From Alphaproteobacteria bacterium (lineage in GTDB: Bacteria > Pseudomonadota > Alphaproteobacteria > MPNO01 > UBA830): a DNA stretch of 64,000 bases. Shown here piece by piece: positions 27,154 through 35,342 of this stretch. Position numbers and translations under genes: made by a program. The stretch lies in assembly GCA_038131485.1 (NCBI GenBank), contig JAYPPO010000001.1, forward strand, positions 150,053 to 214,052. The letters run 5' to 3'. How positions within the stretch are numbered: position 1 is the first letter of the stretch; the number at the start of each line of letters is the position of its first letter. A model generated the notes under the pieces. The model was not told the DNA's origin and did not search any database. It saw only the letters and a program-made list of their open reading frames with translations.

Positions 27154-28161
27154 ATGACGATCGACATGCACACCCATTTCGTGCCGGAAGCGATGGCGGG
27201 TGAGCTACGCAAGCGGAGCGCGCCGCCGTGGATTAAGGCGCTGCAGGACGGGACGGAACGGATCCATCTGCCCATCGAAAACCTCGCTTTCGGATCCGAC
27301 TATATGGACATGGGGGAGCGCATCGCCTTCATGGATGAACGGGGCATCGAACGCCAGCTTCTGTCATTCCCCGGCCTGTTCGGGCTCGACAGTCTGCCGG
27401 CGGATGAGTCGCTCCCGCTGCTGTCGCTATTCAATGACGAGGCGGCAGCGTTGTCGAAGGCGCATCCCGACCGGTTTTCTGGCCTCGCCGCGCTGCCGTT
27501 CGCCGATATGCCGAAAGCGGTGTCTGAACTGCAAAGGTGTTGCGGGCCAGAAGGCGGCCTCGGCCTCGCTGGCGCGATTTTGCCCAACAACGCTTTCATT
27601 TCGATCGCCGAGGCAGAAAAGCTGCGGCCGGTGTTCGAAGCCGGCAACGAGATCGGGCTTCATTTCTTCGTCCATCCCGGCCGCCGCCCCGACGAGGTGC
27701 CGTCGCTGGGAGCCACCCCGACGTCGCCGTTCCCGGACACTGTTTTCGCGCGCCAGGCGCTCGGTGTTCAGGCCAGTGTTGCGCAGGCGACCGCGACCCT
27801 GCTCTTCTCTGATTTCCTGAACGACTACTCCAACGTCACGGTTCACATCGCCAATCTCGGCGGCTCGTTGCCGATGGTGATCGAGCGGATGGAGCATGTC
27901 GCTGAGACGCGCGGTATCGGCGGCGACCGGCCCATGAAGCGCGCCCGCGACTCGCGTCTCCACGTCGATTGCTCGTCGCTCGGCCCGCACGCGCTCGAAA
28001 TTGCGGTGGCAGTCTTTGGCGCTGGCAAGATCGTCGTGGGCACAGATTGCCCAATCTTCTCAACCGACTGGACGCTCGCCGCGATCCGGGACGCCGCCAT
28101 TTCGAGCGCGGACCGGCAGGCGATCCTGCGCGAGAACGCCGCCCACCTGCTGAAAGCCTGA
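27154..28161 (+). CDS. Amidohydrolase-2 family protein (ACMSD/LigW-like decarboxylase or hydratase)
   Basis: Start at ATG 27154 (MTIDMHTHFVPE, the HxH metal motif) behind GGGGGAGA. A C-terminal VGTDCP motif is present. Confidence 0.85.
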   Translation: MTIDMHTHFVPEAMAGELRKRSAPPWIKALQDGTERIHLPIENLAFGSDYMDMGERIAFMDERGIERQLLSFPGLFGLDSLPADESLPLLSLFNDEAAALSKAHPDRFSGLAALPFADMPKAVSELQRCCGPEGGLGLAGAILPNNAFISIAEAEKLRPVFEAGNEIGLHFFVHPGRRPDEVPSLGATPTSPFPDTVFARQALGVQASVAQATATLLFSDFLNDYSNVTVHIANLGGSLPMVIERMEHVAETRGIGGDRPMKRARDSRLHVDCSSLGPHALEIAVAVFGAGKIVVGTDCPIFSTDWTLAAIRDAAISSADRQAILRENAAHLLKA

Positions 28162-28162
28162 C

Positions 28163-28495
28163 ATGAGCCTCTACTACGTCCAGAAGCTGCTGTACCAGCT
28201 CAACCGAGATCCCGGCATCCGCGAACGTTTCGGCGACAACGAAGACTCGGTTCTGGCCGACTACGAGTTGACCAGAGATGAGCTCGCGGCCATCCGCAAG
28301 CCGGATATCGGCCTCCTCTACGTCCTTGGCGTAAACGGCCAGCTGTTAATGCATTTCGCGGCGATGAAGGGTTATGCGTGGGACGAATACTTAAATGCGA
28401 TGCGCGACGGGCGCGCCGTGCATGGTCCGGTGCGCGCAGGCGTTTACGCGCTGGTTCAAGACACGGAAACGGATACAGACGGGGGGGACGCCTGA
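28163..28495 (+). CDS. LigA-like small subunit of a class III extradiol dioxygenase
   Basis: 110 aa; YYVQKLLYQLNRDPGIRERF... resembles the protocatechuate 4,5-dioxygenase alpha-subunit family. It starts 1 nt after the amidohydrolase stop. Confidence 0.75.
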   Translation: MSLYYVQKLLYQLNRDPGIRERFGDNEDSVLADYELTRDELAAIRKPDIGLLYVLGVNGQLLMHFAAMKGYAWDEYLNAMRDGRAVHGPVRAGVYALVQDTETDTDGGDA

Positions 28496-29316
28496 TGACG
28501 ATGGTCTTTGCCGGCGCCTGCAGCCATGCACCAGGCATCACGGGGCGTGCCGACCGGGCCGACCCAGAGAAGCGCGCGGCGCTCTACGCCCAATTTGCGC
28601 GGATGAAAGACGCTATCGATGGATCCGATGCCGAGGCGCTAGTGGTGATCGCGGCAGAGCATTTCGCCAACTTCTTCATGAACAACATGCCCGCCTTCTG
28701 CGTCGGCATGGGTGACAGTTATTTTGGTCCGATCGAGGATCCCGCCTGGCTCGGCATCGAGCCGCGAACGATCCCCGGAGCGCCCGACCTGTCGAAGCGG
28801 CTGATCGAACGTATGATGGAAGACGTCGACGTCGCGTATGCCGAGGAATGGAAATTCGACCACGGCATCATGGTGCCGCTCCATTTCCTAAGCCCTGACA
28901 ACGGACTGCCTATCATCCCGGTGAACATCAACTGCCAGGGCCCACCGCTCGCGCCAATGAAACGGGTTTACGAGTTCGGCCGCGCGCTCCGCAAGGCCTG
29001 CGATTCCGTGCCGGAAAAGATCGCCGTGATCGGCACCGGCGGCATCTCGCACTGGCCGGCGACGCCCGACTCGGGCCGTATCAACGAGGAATGGGACCGC
29101 GAATTCCTCGACCGGTTCGTCAATAACCGGCGCGACGAGCTGATTTCCTATACCGACGAGGACACCTACCGGCAGGGCGGGCAGGGCGGTTTCGAGATCC
29201 GCACCTTCGTCGCCGTCGCCGGTGCGACCGAGGGCGCGACCGGCGAGCTGTGGCACTACGACCCGATCCCGATCTTCGCGGTCGGCTGCACCGTCGCCGT
29301 GATGGACGTGGAATGA
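28495..29316 (+). CDS. LigB-like catalytic subunit of a class III extradiol dioxygenase
   Basis: ATG 28495 overlaps the LigA-like stop (TGATG). Motifs CSHAPG, EHFANFF, FDHG and GTGGISHWP are typical of the LigB family. Confidence 0.85.
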   Translation: MTMVFAGACSHAPGITGRADRADPEKRAALYAQFARMKDAIDGSDAEALVVIAAEHFANFFMNNMPAFCVGMGDSYFGPIEDPAWLGIEPRTIPGAPDLSKRLIERMMEDVDVAYAEEWKFDHGIMVPLHFLSPDNGLPIIPVNINCQGPPLAPMKRVYEFGRALRKACDSVPEKIAVIGTGGISHWPATPDSGRINEEWDREFLDRFVNNRRDELISYTDEDTYRQGGQGGFEIRTFVAVAGATEGATGELWHYDPIPIFAVGCTVAVMDVE

Positions 29317-29329
29317 CGGAGCGGGCGCG

Positions 29330-30334
29330 ATGACTGCGCGCGCCAAGCCGCCGTTCCGCGCCGATCACGTCGGCAGCCTGCTTCGGCCGGCGCGCCTCGC
29401 CGAAGCGCGCGCCAGAGGCAAGGCCGGCGAGATATCGGCCGACGCGGTCCGCGCCGTCGAGGACGATTGCGTCGCGGACGCCGTCGCGCTGCAGGAGGGG
29501 CTCGGGCTCCACGGCGTCACGGACGGCGAGTTCCGGCGCGACTGGTGGCATCTCGATTTCCTGTGGGGGTTCGCCGGCGTCGAGCCATGGGAGGCGCTGC
29601 GCGCGCAGAGCTTCTCCAACGACGAGCAGCCGCCGATGGCCAAGATCGTCGGCAAGGTCGGCCATCCGCACGGCATCTTCACCGACATGTTCGGTTATCT
29701 CGCGAAGACGACGCGCGAGACCGCGAAGCAGACGATCCCCGGCCCCGCGATGATCCATCTCCGCCCCGGGCGCGAAGCGGTCGAGCAGAGCGCGTATCCC
29801 GACATGGACGCGTTCTGGGCCGACTGGACGGCGGCCTCGATGACGACGCCGGCTGCCGCGCAGGTCGACTGGCCTATCGTGCGATGAGGCGATGCGCGCC
29901 TCGATGCGCGACCGCGGCGACGATGCGGCGCTATACCGACCGCCCCGCCGACATGACGGTGACCGTCCATACCTGCCGCGGCAATTTCAAGTCGAGCTGG
30001 GTCGCGCAGGGCGGTTACGAGCCGGTCGCCGAGACCGTGTTCGGCGGGCTCGATGTCGACGGCATCTTCATGGAGTTCGACAGCGACCGCGCCGGCGGCT
30101 TCGAGCCGCTGCGCTACGTTCCCGACGGCCAGACGGTCGTGCTCGGCCTGATCACCACCAAGACGCCCGCGTTGGAGGATGCCGACGCCGTCCGGCGCCG
30201 CATCGACGAGGCGTCGGCGTATGTGCCGCTGTGCCTCAGCCCGCAATGCGGCTTTTCCTCGACGCACCACGGGCACCGAGGACGACCAGCAATGGCGCTG
30301 GTCGTCGATCGCGGAGCTAAAACGCGCCCTATAG
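29330..30334 (+). pseudogene. Cobalamin-independent methionine synthase II (MetE C-terminal-like) family gene, inactivated by multiple frameshifts and a net internal deletion
   Basis: Family-conserved segments are spread over all three frames:
- KPPFRADHVGSLLRP...FWADWTAA in frame 0
- DAGCR in frame 2
- QVD in frame 0
- CDEAMRASMRDRGDDAA in frame 1
- TDRPADMTVTVHTCRGNF...SPQCGFSST in frame 2
- TEDDQQW...* in frame 0
An intact paralog lies at 62363..63517. Confidence 0.8.
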
Positions 30335-31628
30335 GATGCTGCATCGGCGGTTCTCGCCGATAGAGTTCGGACACCTCCCGCGCGAAGGCCCGGAGCGCGG
30401 CGGGATCGTCGGCGTCGCCGCCGATCTCGCTTGCCGGCACCACCAGATCGTTCGCGAAGCTCGGCGGGATCTCGCCTCCCGGCGGGGAAAAGCCTTTTGG
30501 GTCTTCGCCGCGGGCGACTGCCTCGATGCCCTCGCGCACGATGCGCCGGAACAGGACGATGCCCTGGTCCTGCGAGCCTAGATGCTCCAGCGCATGGACG
30601 TTAATTGGTCCCTGGCCGACCTGCGCGTCATGGTCGCCCGGGATCCATTGGCGGTCGAGATAGGGGCGCAGGCCCTTCTGGCCAAACACCTCGAGGCGCC
30701 GCCGCTCATCGAACGGCATCGTTTCGTCGCTGAAAACGTGGCTGACATAAAAGGTGATGCAGCGGTCGTCGTCGACCGGCAGCGTCCAGAATGTCATGAA
30801 TGGGCGGCTTGCTGGCTTCGGCTCGCGGCCGTTTTCGAAGATCGAGCTGATCGCGTGAATGTTGCTGCCGTATACCTCGGCCGAGCGGACCCACACAGTG
30901 TCGTCGACGCGCCTAGCGGCGAGATAGATCACGCCCGCGGGAGTTTCGGTCCAGACAATCTGCGGGATGTGCTCGAACTCATCGGCGAAGTGCGCCATGC
31001 CGCGGAGCTGCGGAATGACGTGCAGCGTGTGTGTGTGGAGCGGGTCGATCGCGTTTTCTTTTACCTGCAGCCAGTTGCAAGCGAAATCGAAGCGCTCACC
31101 CGGCACCAGTTGCGCGCCCGGGACGGAAAACCGGTCGAGCGCCGGAAACGCCGGGATGCGGTCGGGCGGGCCCATGTAGGCGAACACGATTCCGGCGAAT
31201 TCGTGTGTGGGGTAGGCGCCCTGGCTGACCTCGTCCTTCAGGGTTTTGGCCGCGGGATCGCCTGGGATGTCGACGATCGTGCCGTCGACGTCGAAGACGC
31301 GGCCGTGATAGCAGCAGCGGATACCCGCTTCGGTCAGGATGCCGTATTCCAGCGATGTGTTGCGGTGGCAGCAATGGAGGTGCATGACGCCGATACGGCC
31401 TGAGAGATCGCGGAAAGCGACGAGATCTTCACCCAGCGCGCGAACGCGCAGCGGCACGTCGCCCAGTTCGGAAAGGTAACAGACTGGTTGCCAGAAGCGC
31501 CGGTGATATTCGCCCGCCCGCGTGCCGCGCCCGACTTCCAGCAAGGCCAGATCGGGTTCCGCCTCGATGCGGCGCTCGTATCCCCGGAATGCCAGCCCGT
31601 TGGGCGGCGGCCGTGCCGTGTTGTCCAT
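30114..31628 (-). CDS. Rieske [2Fe-2S] non-heme-iron oxygenase, catalytic (alpha) subunit
   Basis: Start at ATG 31628 behind GGAGGAA. Rieske motif CCH-x17-CCYH. Mononuclear-iron region NWLQVKENAIDPLHTHTLH. The last ~75 codons are Arg/Ser-rich and antisense to the MetE-like pseudogene, so the annotated 3' end is doubtful. Confidence 0.75.
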   Translation of the reverse strand: MDNTARPPPNGLAFRGYERRIEAEPDLALLEVGRGTRAGEYHRRFWQPVCYLSELGDVPLRVRALGEDLVAFRDLSGRIGVMHLHCCHRNTSLEYGILTEAGIRCCYHGRVFDVDGTIVDIPGDPAAKTLKDEVSQGAYPTHEFAGIVFAYMGPPDRIPAFPALDRFSVPGAQLVPGERFDFACNWLQVKENAIDPLHTHTLHVIPQLRGMAHFADEFEHIPQIVWTETPAGVIYLAARRVDDTVWVRSAEVYGSNIHAISSIFENGREPKPASRPFMTFWTLPVDDDRCITFYVSHVFSDETMPFDERRRLEVFGQKGLRPYLDRQWIPGDHDAQVGQGPINVHALEHLGSQDQGIVLFRRIVREGIEAVARGEDPKGFSPPGGEIPPSFANDLVVPASEIGGDADDPAALRAFAREVSELYRREPPMQHPIGRVLAPRSTTSAIAGRPRCPWCVEEKPHCGLRHSGTYADASSMRRRTASASSNAGVLVVIRPSTTVWPSGT

Positions 31629-31773
31629 GACGGGATTCCTCCGCTTCCACCCGCAAACATTAGGAACGCTCCCCAGCAATGTCCATCCGCGTCCGGCCTC
31701 CAGCGTTGAATGCCCTCGTGCGCTGGCGCATAGTCCGCGCCAAGAGATACCAATTTACAAACGAGGAACCACG

Positions 31774-32610
31774 ATGGCTGATACCTATACCCCGCCGAAG
31801 GTCTGGACATGGGAGTCCGAGGCCCAGGGACCTTACGCCAAGCTCAACCGGCCGATCGCCGGCGCGACGCACGACAAGGAGCTGCCGCTCGGCAAGCATC
31901 AACACCAGCTTTATTCGCTGGCGACGCCCAATGGGGTCAAGGTCACGATCATGTTCGAGGAATTGCTCGCGGCTGGTCACAAGGATGCGGAGTACGACGC
32001 GTGGCTAATCCGCATCCGTGACGGCGAGCAGTTCGGCAGCGGATTCGTGTCGATCAACCCGAATTCGAAAATACCGGCGATGCTCGATGTCAGCACCGAT
32101 CCGCCGACGCGGGTCTTCGAATCCGGTGCAATCCTGCTCTATCTCGCCGAGAAATTCGGTGCCTTCCTGCCGGAGGACCCCTCGGCGCGGGCCGAGTGCT
32201 ATTCGTGGCTATTCTGGCAGATGGGCAGCGCTCCCTATCTCGGCGGCGGCTTCGGGCATTTCTACCACTATGCGCCGGACAAACTGCAATACCCGATCGA
32301 CCGCTTCACCATGGAGGTAAAGCGCCAGCTTGACGTGCTCGATAGGAACCTCGCCGACCGGCAATTCCTGTGTGGGGACGACTACAATATTGCCGACATG
32401 GCGACCTATCCTTGGTACGGCAACGTGGTGCTGAACGACCAGTACGAGGCGACTGAGTTCCTCGACGTCGCGAGCTACAAGAACGTCGCCCGCTGGGCGA
32501 CGGAGATCCAAAACCGCCCCGCCGTTCAGCGCGGCCGGCGCGTCAACCGAGTGATGGGCCCGGAGGAAATGCAGCTCGCCGAGCGTCATGACGCTAGCGA
32601 TCTGGATTAA
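31774..32610 (+). CDS. Nu-class glutathione S-transferase (YghU-like)
   Basis: MADTYTPPKVWTWES...LYSLATPNGVKVTIMFEELL...EYDAWLIRI.DG.QF closely resembles E. coli YghU as I recall it. Confidence 0.85.
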   Translation: MADTYTPPKVWTWESEAQGPYAKLNRPIAGATHDKELPLGKHQHQLYSLATPNGVKVTIMFEELLAAGHKDAEYDAWLIRIRDGEQFGSGFVSINPNSKIPAMLDVSTDPPTRVFESGAILLYLAEKFGAFLPEDPSARAECYSWLFWQMGSAPYLGGGFGHFYHYAPDKLQYPIDRFTMEVKRQLDVLDRNLADRQFLCGDDYNIADMATYPWYGNVVLNDQYEATEFLDVASYKNVARWATEIQNRPAVQRGRRVNRVMGPEEMQLAERHDASDLD

Positions 32611-32684
32611 ATGGGTCGCAACAACCCGTTGGTCTAAGTCTCAGCCGCTTCGCGTAAAACGATTTTGCGACGCTGTCCTGCGAT

Positions 32685-33623
32685 TTACCGCGGCCCCGGT
32701 ACCTCCAGACCGACGCCACGCAGGTGCCCGAAAAGTGCGGCGAGCTTCGCGCGGTCGGCATCGGGGAGCGGCGGGCTGAGGATCGACGCGACGTTTGAGC
32801 GCAGGTGATCGGGGTTCCCGGTGCCGAACAGTACCACGTCTGCGCCGGGCTCGTGGCGCGCATAGCGGTATGCGGCGTCGATGAGACTGGTCGCGCCGCG
32901 GTCGTGGATCAGGAAACCGAGCGGATTGTCCGTTGCCAGCTCGGCCGGCACTTTTCCGTCCGCCGCGAGCTCCCGCATCGTCTCCTCGAGGCGTCCCGGC
33001 ACACTGAAGACATTGCGGACGGTGAACATCATCAGGGTGCCAATGCCGTTCGCCATTGTGTGCGGGAAGACGCGGTCGCGCGCGACCTGATGCATCAAGT
33101 TGAAGCCCAGCATGATCACGTCCCAGCAGCCATTGTGGACGGCGCGACCCAGCATCTCATGCTCGTGGTCGTTGGGGGACGTCTCGGTGATGCCGAGAAA
33201 GCGTAGCTTGCCCCGCTCCTTCTCGCGCAGCAGCGCCGGGGCGAGTTCGTTCAGCGCATGGTCGTACTGGCGCGGCGAGACGCCGTGCAGCATGAAGATG
33301 TCGACGCAATCGGTGCCGAGCTCGCGCAGTGACTTCTCAAGCGCCGCGACGGTGCTCTCCGGGGATCCGCCAGCGAGGTGCTTGGTCGAAATCACGACCT
33401 GGTCGCGCGGCACGTCTGCGATCGCCCTGCCGAGCACACCCTCGGTGCCGTAGCTCCGCGCCGTGTCGAAGAAATTGATGCCAAGGTCCATCGCCTCGCG
33501 CAGGATCGCGACCGCGCCTCGGTCGCCCGCGCCGGTGCCAAGCCCCGCCTTGCTGTTGCCACCGCAGCCGAAGCCTGCGACGCTGACCTTGAGGCCGGTG
33601 CGGCCGAGGGTGGTGTAGTCCAT
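32685..33623 (-). CDS. Aldo/keto reductase
   Basis: 312 aa with AKR blocks (FFDTARSYG, ISTK, LGITETS). Confidence 0.85.
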   Translation of the reverse strand: MDYTTLGRTGLKVSVAGFGCGGNSKAGLGTGAGDRGAVAILREAMDLGINFFDTARSYGTEGVLGRAIADVPRDQVVISTKHLAGGSPESTVAALEKSLRELGTDCVDIFMLHGVSPRQYDHALNELAPALLREKERGKLRFLGITETSPNDHEHEMLGRAVHNGCWDVIMLGFNLMHQVARDRVFPHTMANGIGTLMMFTVRNVFSVPGRLEETMRELAADGKVPAELATDNPLGFLIHDRGATSLIDAAYRYARHEPGADVVLFGTGNPDHLRSNVASILSPPLPDADRAKLAALFGHLRGVGLEVPGPR

Positions 33624-33636
33624 CCGCTTTCTCTTC

Positions 33637-34374
33637 TTATCCGATCCTCTTGCCGCCGCGGTCGTAGTCCTTCGACTGGATCGAATCCTCAGCGGCGAAC
33701 GACTCTAGATAGGCTTCGCTCCGAAGTTTAGACGCATCGTAGCGCTCGTAGTGGACAATGCTGTCGAGCGCGCGGCGGCTCTTGGGTGTGGCGATCACCT
33801 CGGTATAGCCGACCGGCACGATTTGATAGACCCTCAGCTCCTTCGGGATACCCAGCATGTGCTTGAGCATCAGACTGAAATAGGGTGATGCGGCGTCGCT
33901 GACATATTGCGTCGACAGGCCGAAGGATTCGGCCATAAGCATCAGCTGCAGCGTCGCGTTGGCGAGACCACTGTAGAAATGCGAGTCCGCCTTGTCCTCC
34001 GCCGTCCGCAGCGGAAAGCACAGCGACGTGCGCGGATCGCCGAGAACGAGGATCAGGACCGGCGCGTTGCGCCAGCCGACGCCGCTGACGCTTGTCGTCC
34101 CGCGTATTGTGCGTTCCAGTTCGATCTTTTCGGTCAGCTGCTGCTTGTAGAGGTCGGCGATGCGCACCCGCGTGTCCTTGTTGCGGATAACAAGGAATTC
34201 CCATGGCTGCGCGTTGCCGCCCGATGGTGCCGCCCGGGCGGCTTCCAGCAGCAGCTCCAGCATTTTTTCTGGCACCTCGGTGTTCTCGAGAAAGCCGGTG
34301 CGCGACGAGCGCCGCCGGCGCATCATCTCCAACAGTTCCAACGGCTCGATTCCTGTCGTGCCGCTCGTGGCCAT
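33637..34374 (-). CDS. Nitroreductase-family flavoprotein
   Basis: Start at ATG 34374, 2 nt after the FAH stop. RRSSRTGF...AARAAPSGGNAQPWEFLVI is the nitroreductase FMN-binding signature. Confidence 0.8.
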   Translation of the reverse strand: MATSGTTGIEPLELLEMMRRRRSSRTGFLENTEVPEKMLELLLEAARAAPSGGNAQPWEFLVIRNKDTRVRIADLYKQQLTEKIELERTIRGTTSVSGVGWRNAPVLILVLGDPRTSLCFPLRTAEDKADSHFYSGLANATLQLMLMAESFGLSTQYVSDAASPYFSLMLKHMLGIPKELRVYQIVPVGYTEVIATPKSRRALDSIVHYERYDASKLRSEAYLESFAAEDSIQSKDYDRGGKRIG

Positions 34375-34376
34375 TC

Positions 34377-35237
34377 TTAGACCTCCTCGTCGACCACCTC
34401 GTTCGAGAGCAGCCCTATCCCCGGCACCTCGACCTCGACCACGTCGCCTGGGACTAGCCATTTTGGCGGGTCGAAGCGCGCGCCCGCGCCGGTTGGCGTG
34501 CCGGTCGAGATGATGTCGCCGCGGCGCAGCGTCATAAAGGTCGACACGTAGGAGATGAGATAAGTGAAATCGAAAATGATGTTTTCGGTCGTGTCGTCCT
34601 GGCGCACCTCGCCGTTGACCCGGGTTGTCACGCGCATGGGTGCGGTCATGTCGAACTCGTCGGCGGTCACCATCCACGGGCCGATGGATGCTGTCCGGTC
34701 GAAATTCTTTCCTTGCGTGACGTTGAATTTCGAATGGCGCAGCCAGTCGCGGATGGTGCCTTCTTGCAGGATTGTAAGCGCGGCGATGTGATCGAGCGCC
34801 TTTTCCTTCGGGATACGTCTGCCTTCCTCGCCGATGACAATGGCTATCTCACCCTCATAGTCGAGCTGATTGGACTCGGGCGGGCGCACGATTTTCGCGC
34901 CATGGCCGACGAAGGATTCCGGCGTTCGGAAAAACATGCTGGGATAGTCGGGGAGATTGGAGTTGTCCTTATACTCTTCGTTGCGGTTGGCGTAGTTGAC
35001 GCCGATGCAAAGGATCTTGCCTGGCCGGTCTACCGGGACCAGGAGGGTCGCGTCGGCCAGCGCGCAATTTGTCGAAGCGCTCGCGACGATCTTCTCCGCT
35101 TCCGCCAGCTTTTCCGGGATCAGCAGATCTTCTGGCGCGAGCACGGAATCGATCCTTCCGGCCAGATCAACGATTCCCTCGTTCTTCACGGCGCCGAACG
35201 ACTTGTGGCCGGCTGTCTCATATGAGACGATCTTCAT
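34377..35237 (-). CDS. Fumarylacetoacetate hydrolase (FAH) family protein
   Basis: 286 aa; motifs YEGEIAIVIGE and GDIISTGTPTGAG. Confidence 0.85.
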   Translation of the reverse strand: MKIVSYETAGHKSFGAVKNEGIVDLAGRIDSVLAPEDLLIPEKLAEAEKIVASASTNCALADATLLVPVDRPGKILCIGVNYANRNEEYKDNSNLPDYPSMFFRTPESFVGHGAKIVRPPESNQLDYEGEIAIVIGEEGRRIPKEKALDHIAALTILQEGTIRDWLRHSKFNVTQGKNFDRTASIGPWMVTADEFDMTAPMRVTTRVNGEVRQDDTTENIIFDFTYLISYVSTFMTLRRGDIISTGTPTGAGARFDPPKWLVPGDVVEVEVPGIGLLSNEVVDEEV

Positions 35238-35257
35238 ATTGTTGACTCCCCAACAAT
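35238..35257. promoter_or_regulatory. Inverted repeat ATTGTTG-N6-CAACAAT in the FAH / dehalogenase-like divergent promoter region
   Basis: 7-bp perfect arms immediately adjacent to the FAH start codon, in a 105-bp divergent intergenic region. Confidence 0.35.
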
Positions 35258-35342
35258 TATCGCGACGGAACGGTCGCGCTTGTCCGGGGACACATTATCA
35301 TGCTGGTTCGCGTGCGCCAGCGCCCGGCGAGAGGGGTTGGGG

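Noticed and set aside
35238-35342. Possible cobalamin riboswitch upstream of the dehalogenase-like gene
   Set aside because: The whole intergenic region is only 105 bp and lacks any B12-box-like conserved core. Only short inverted repeats are present.
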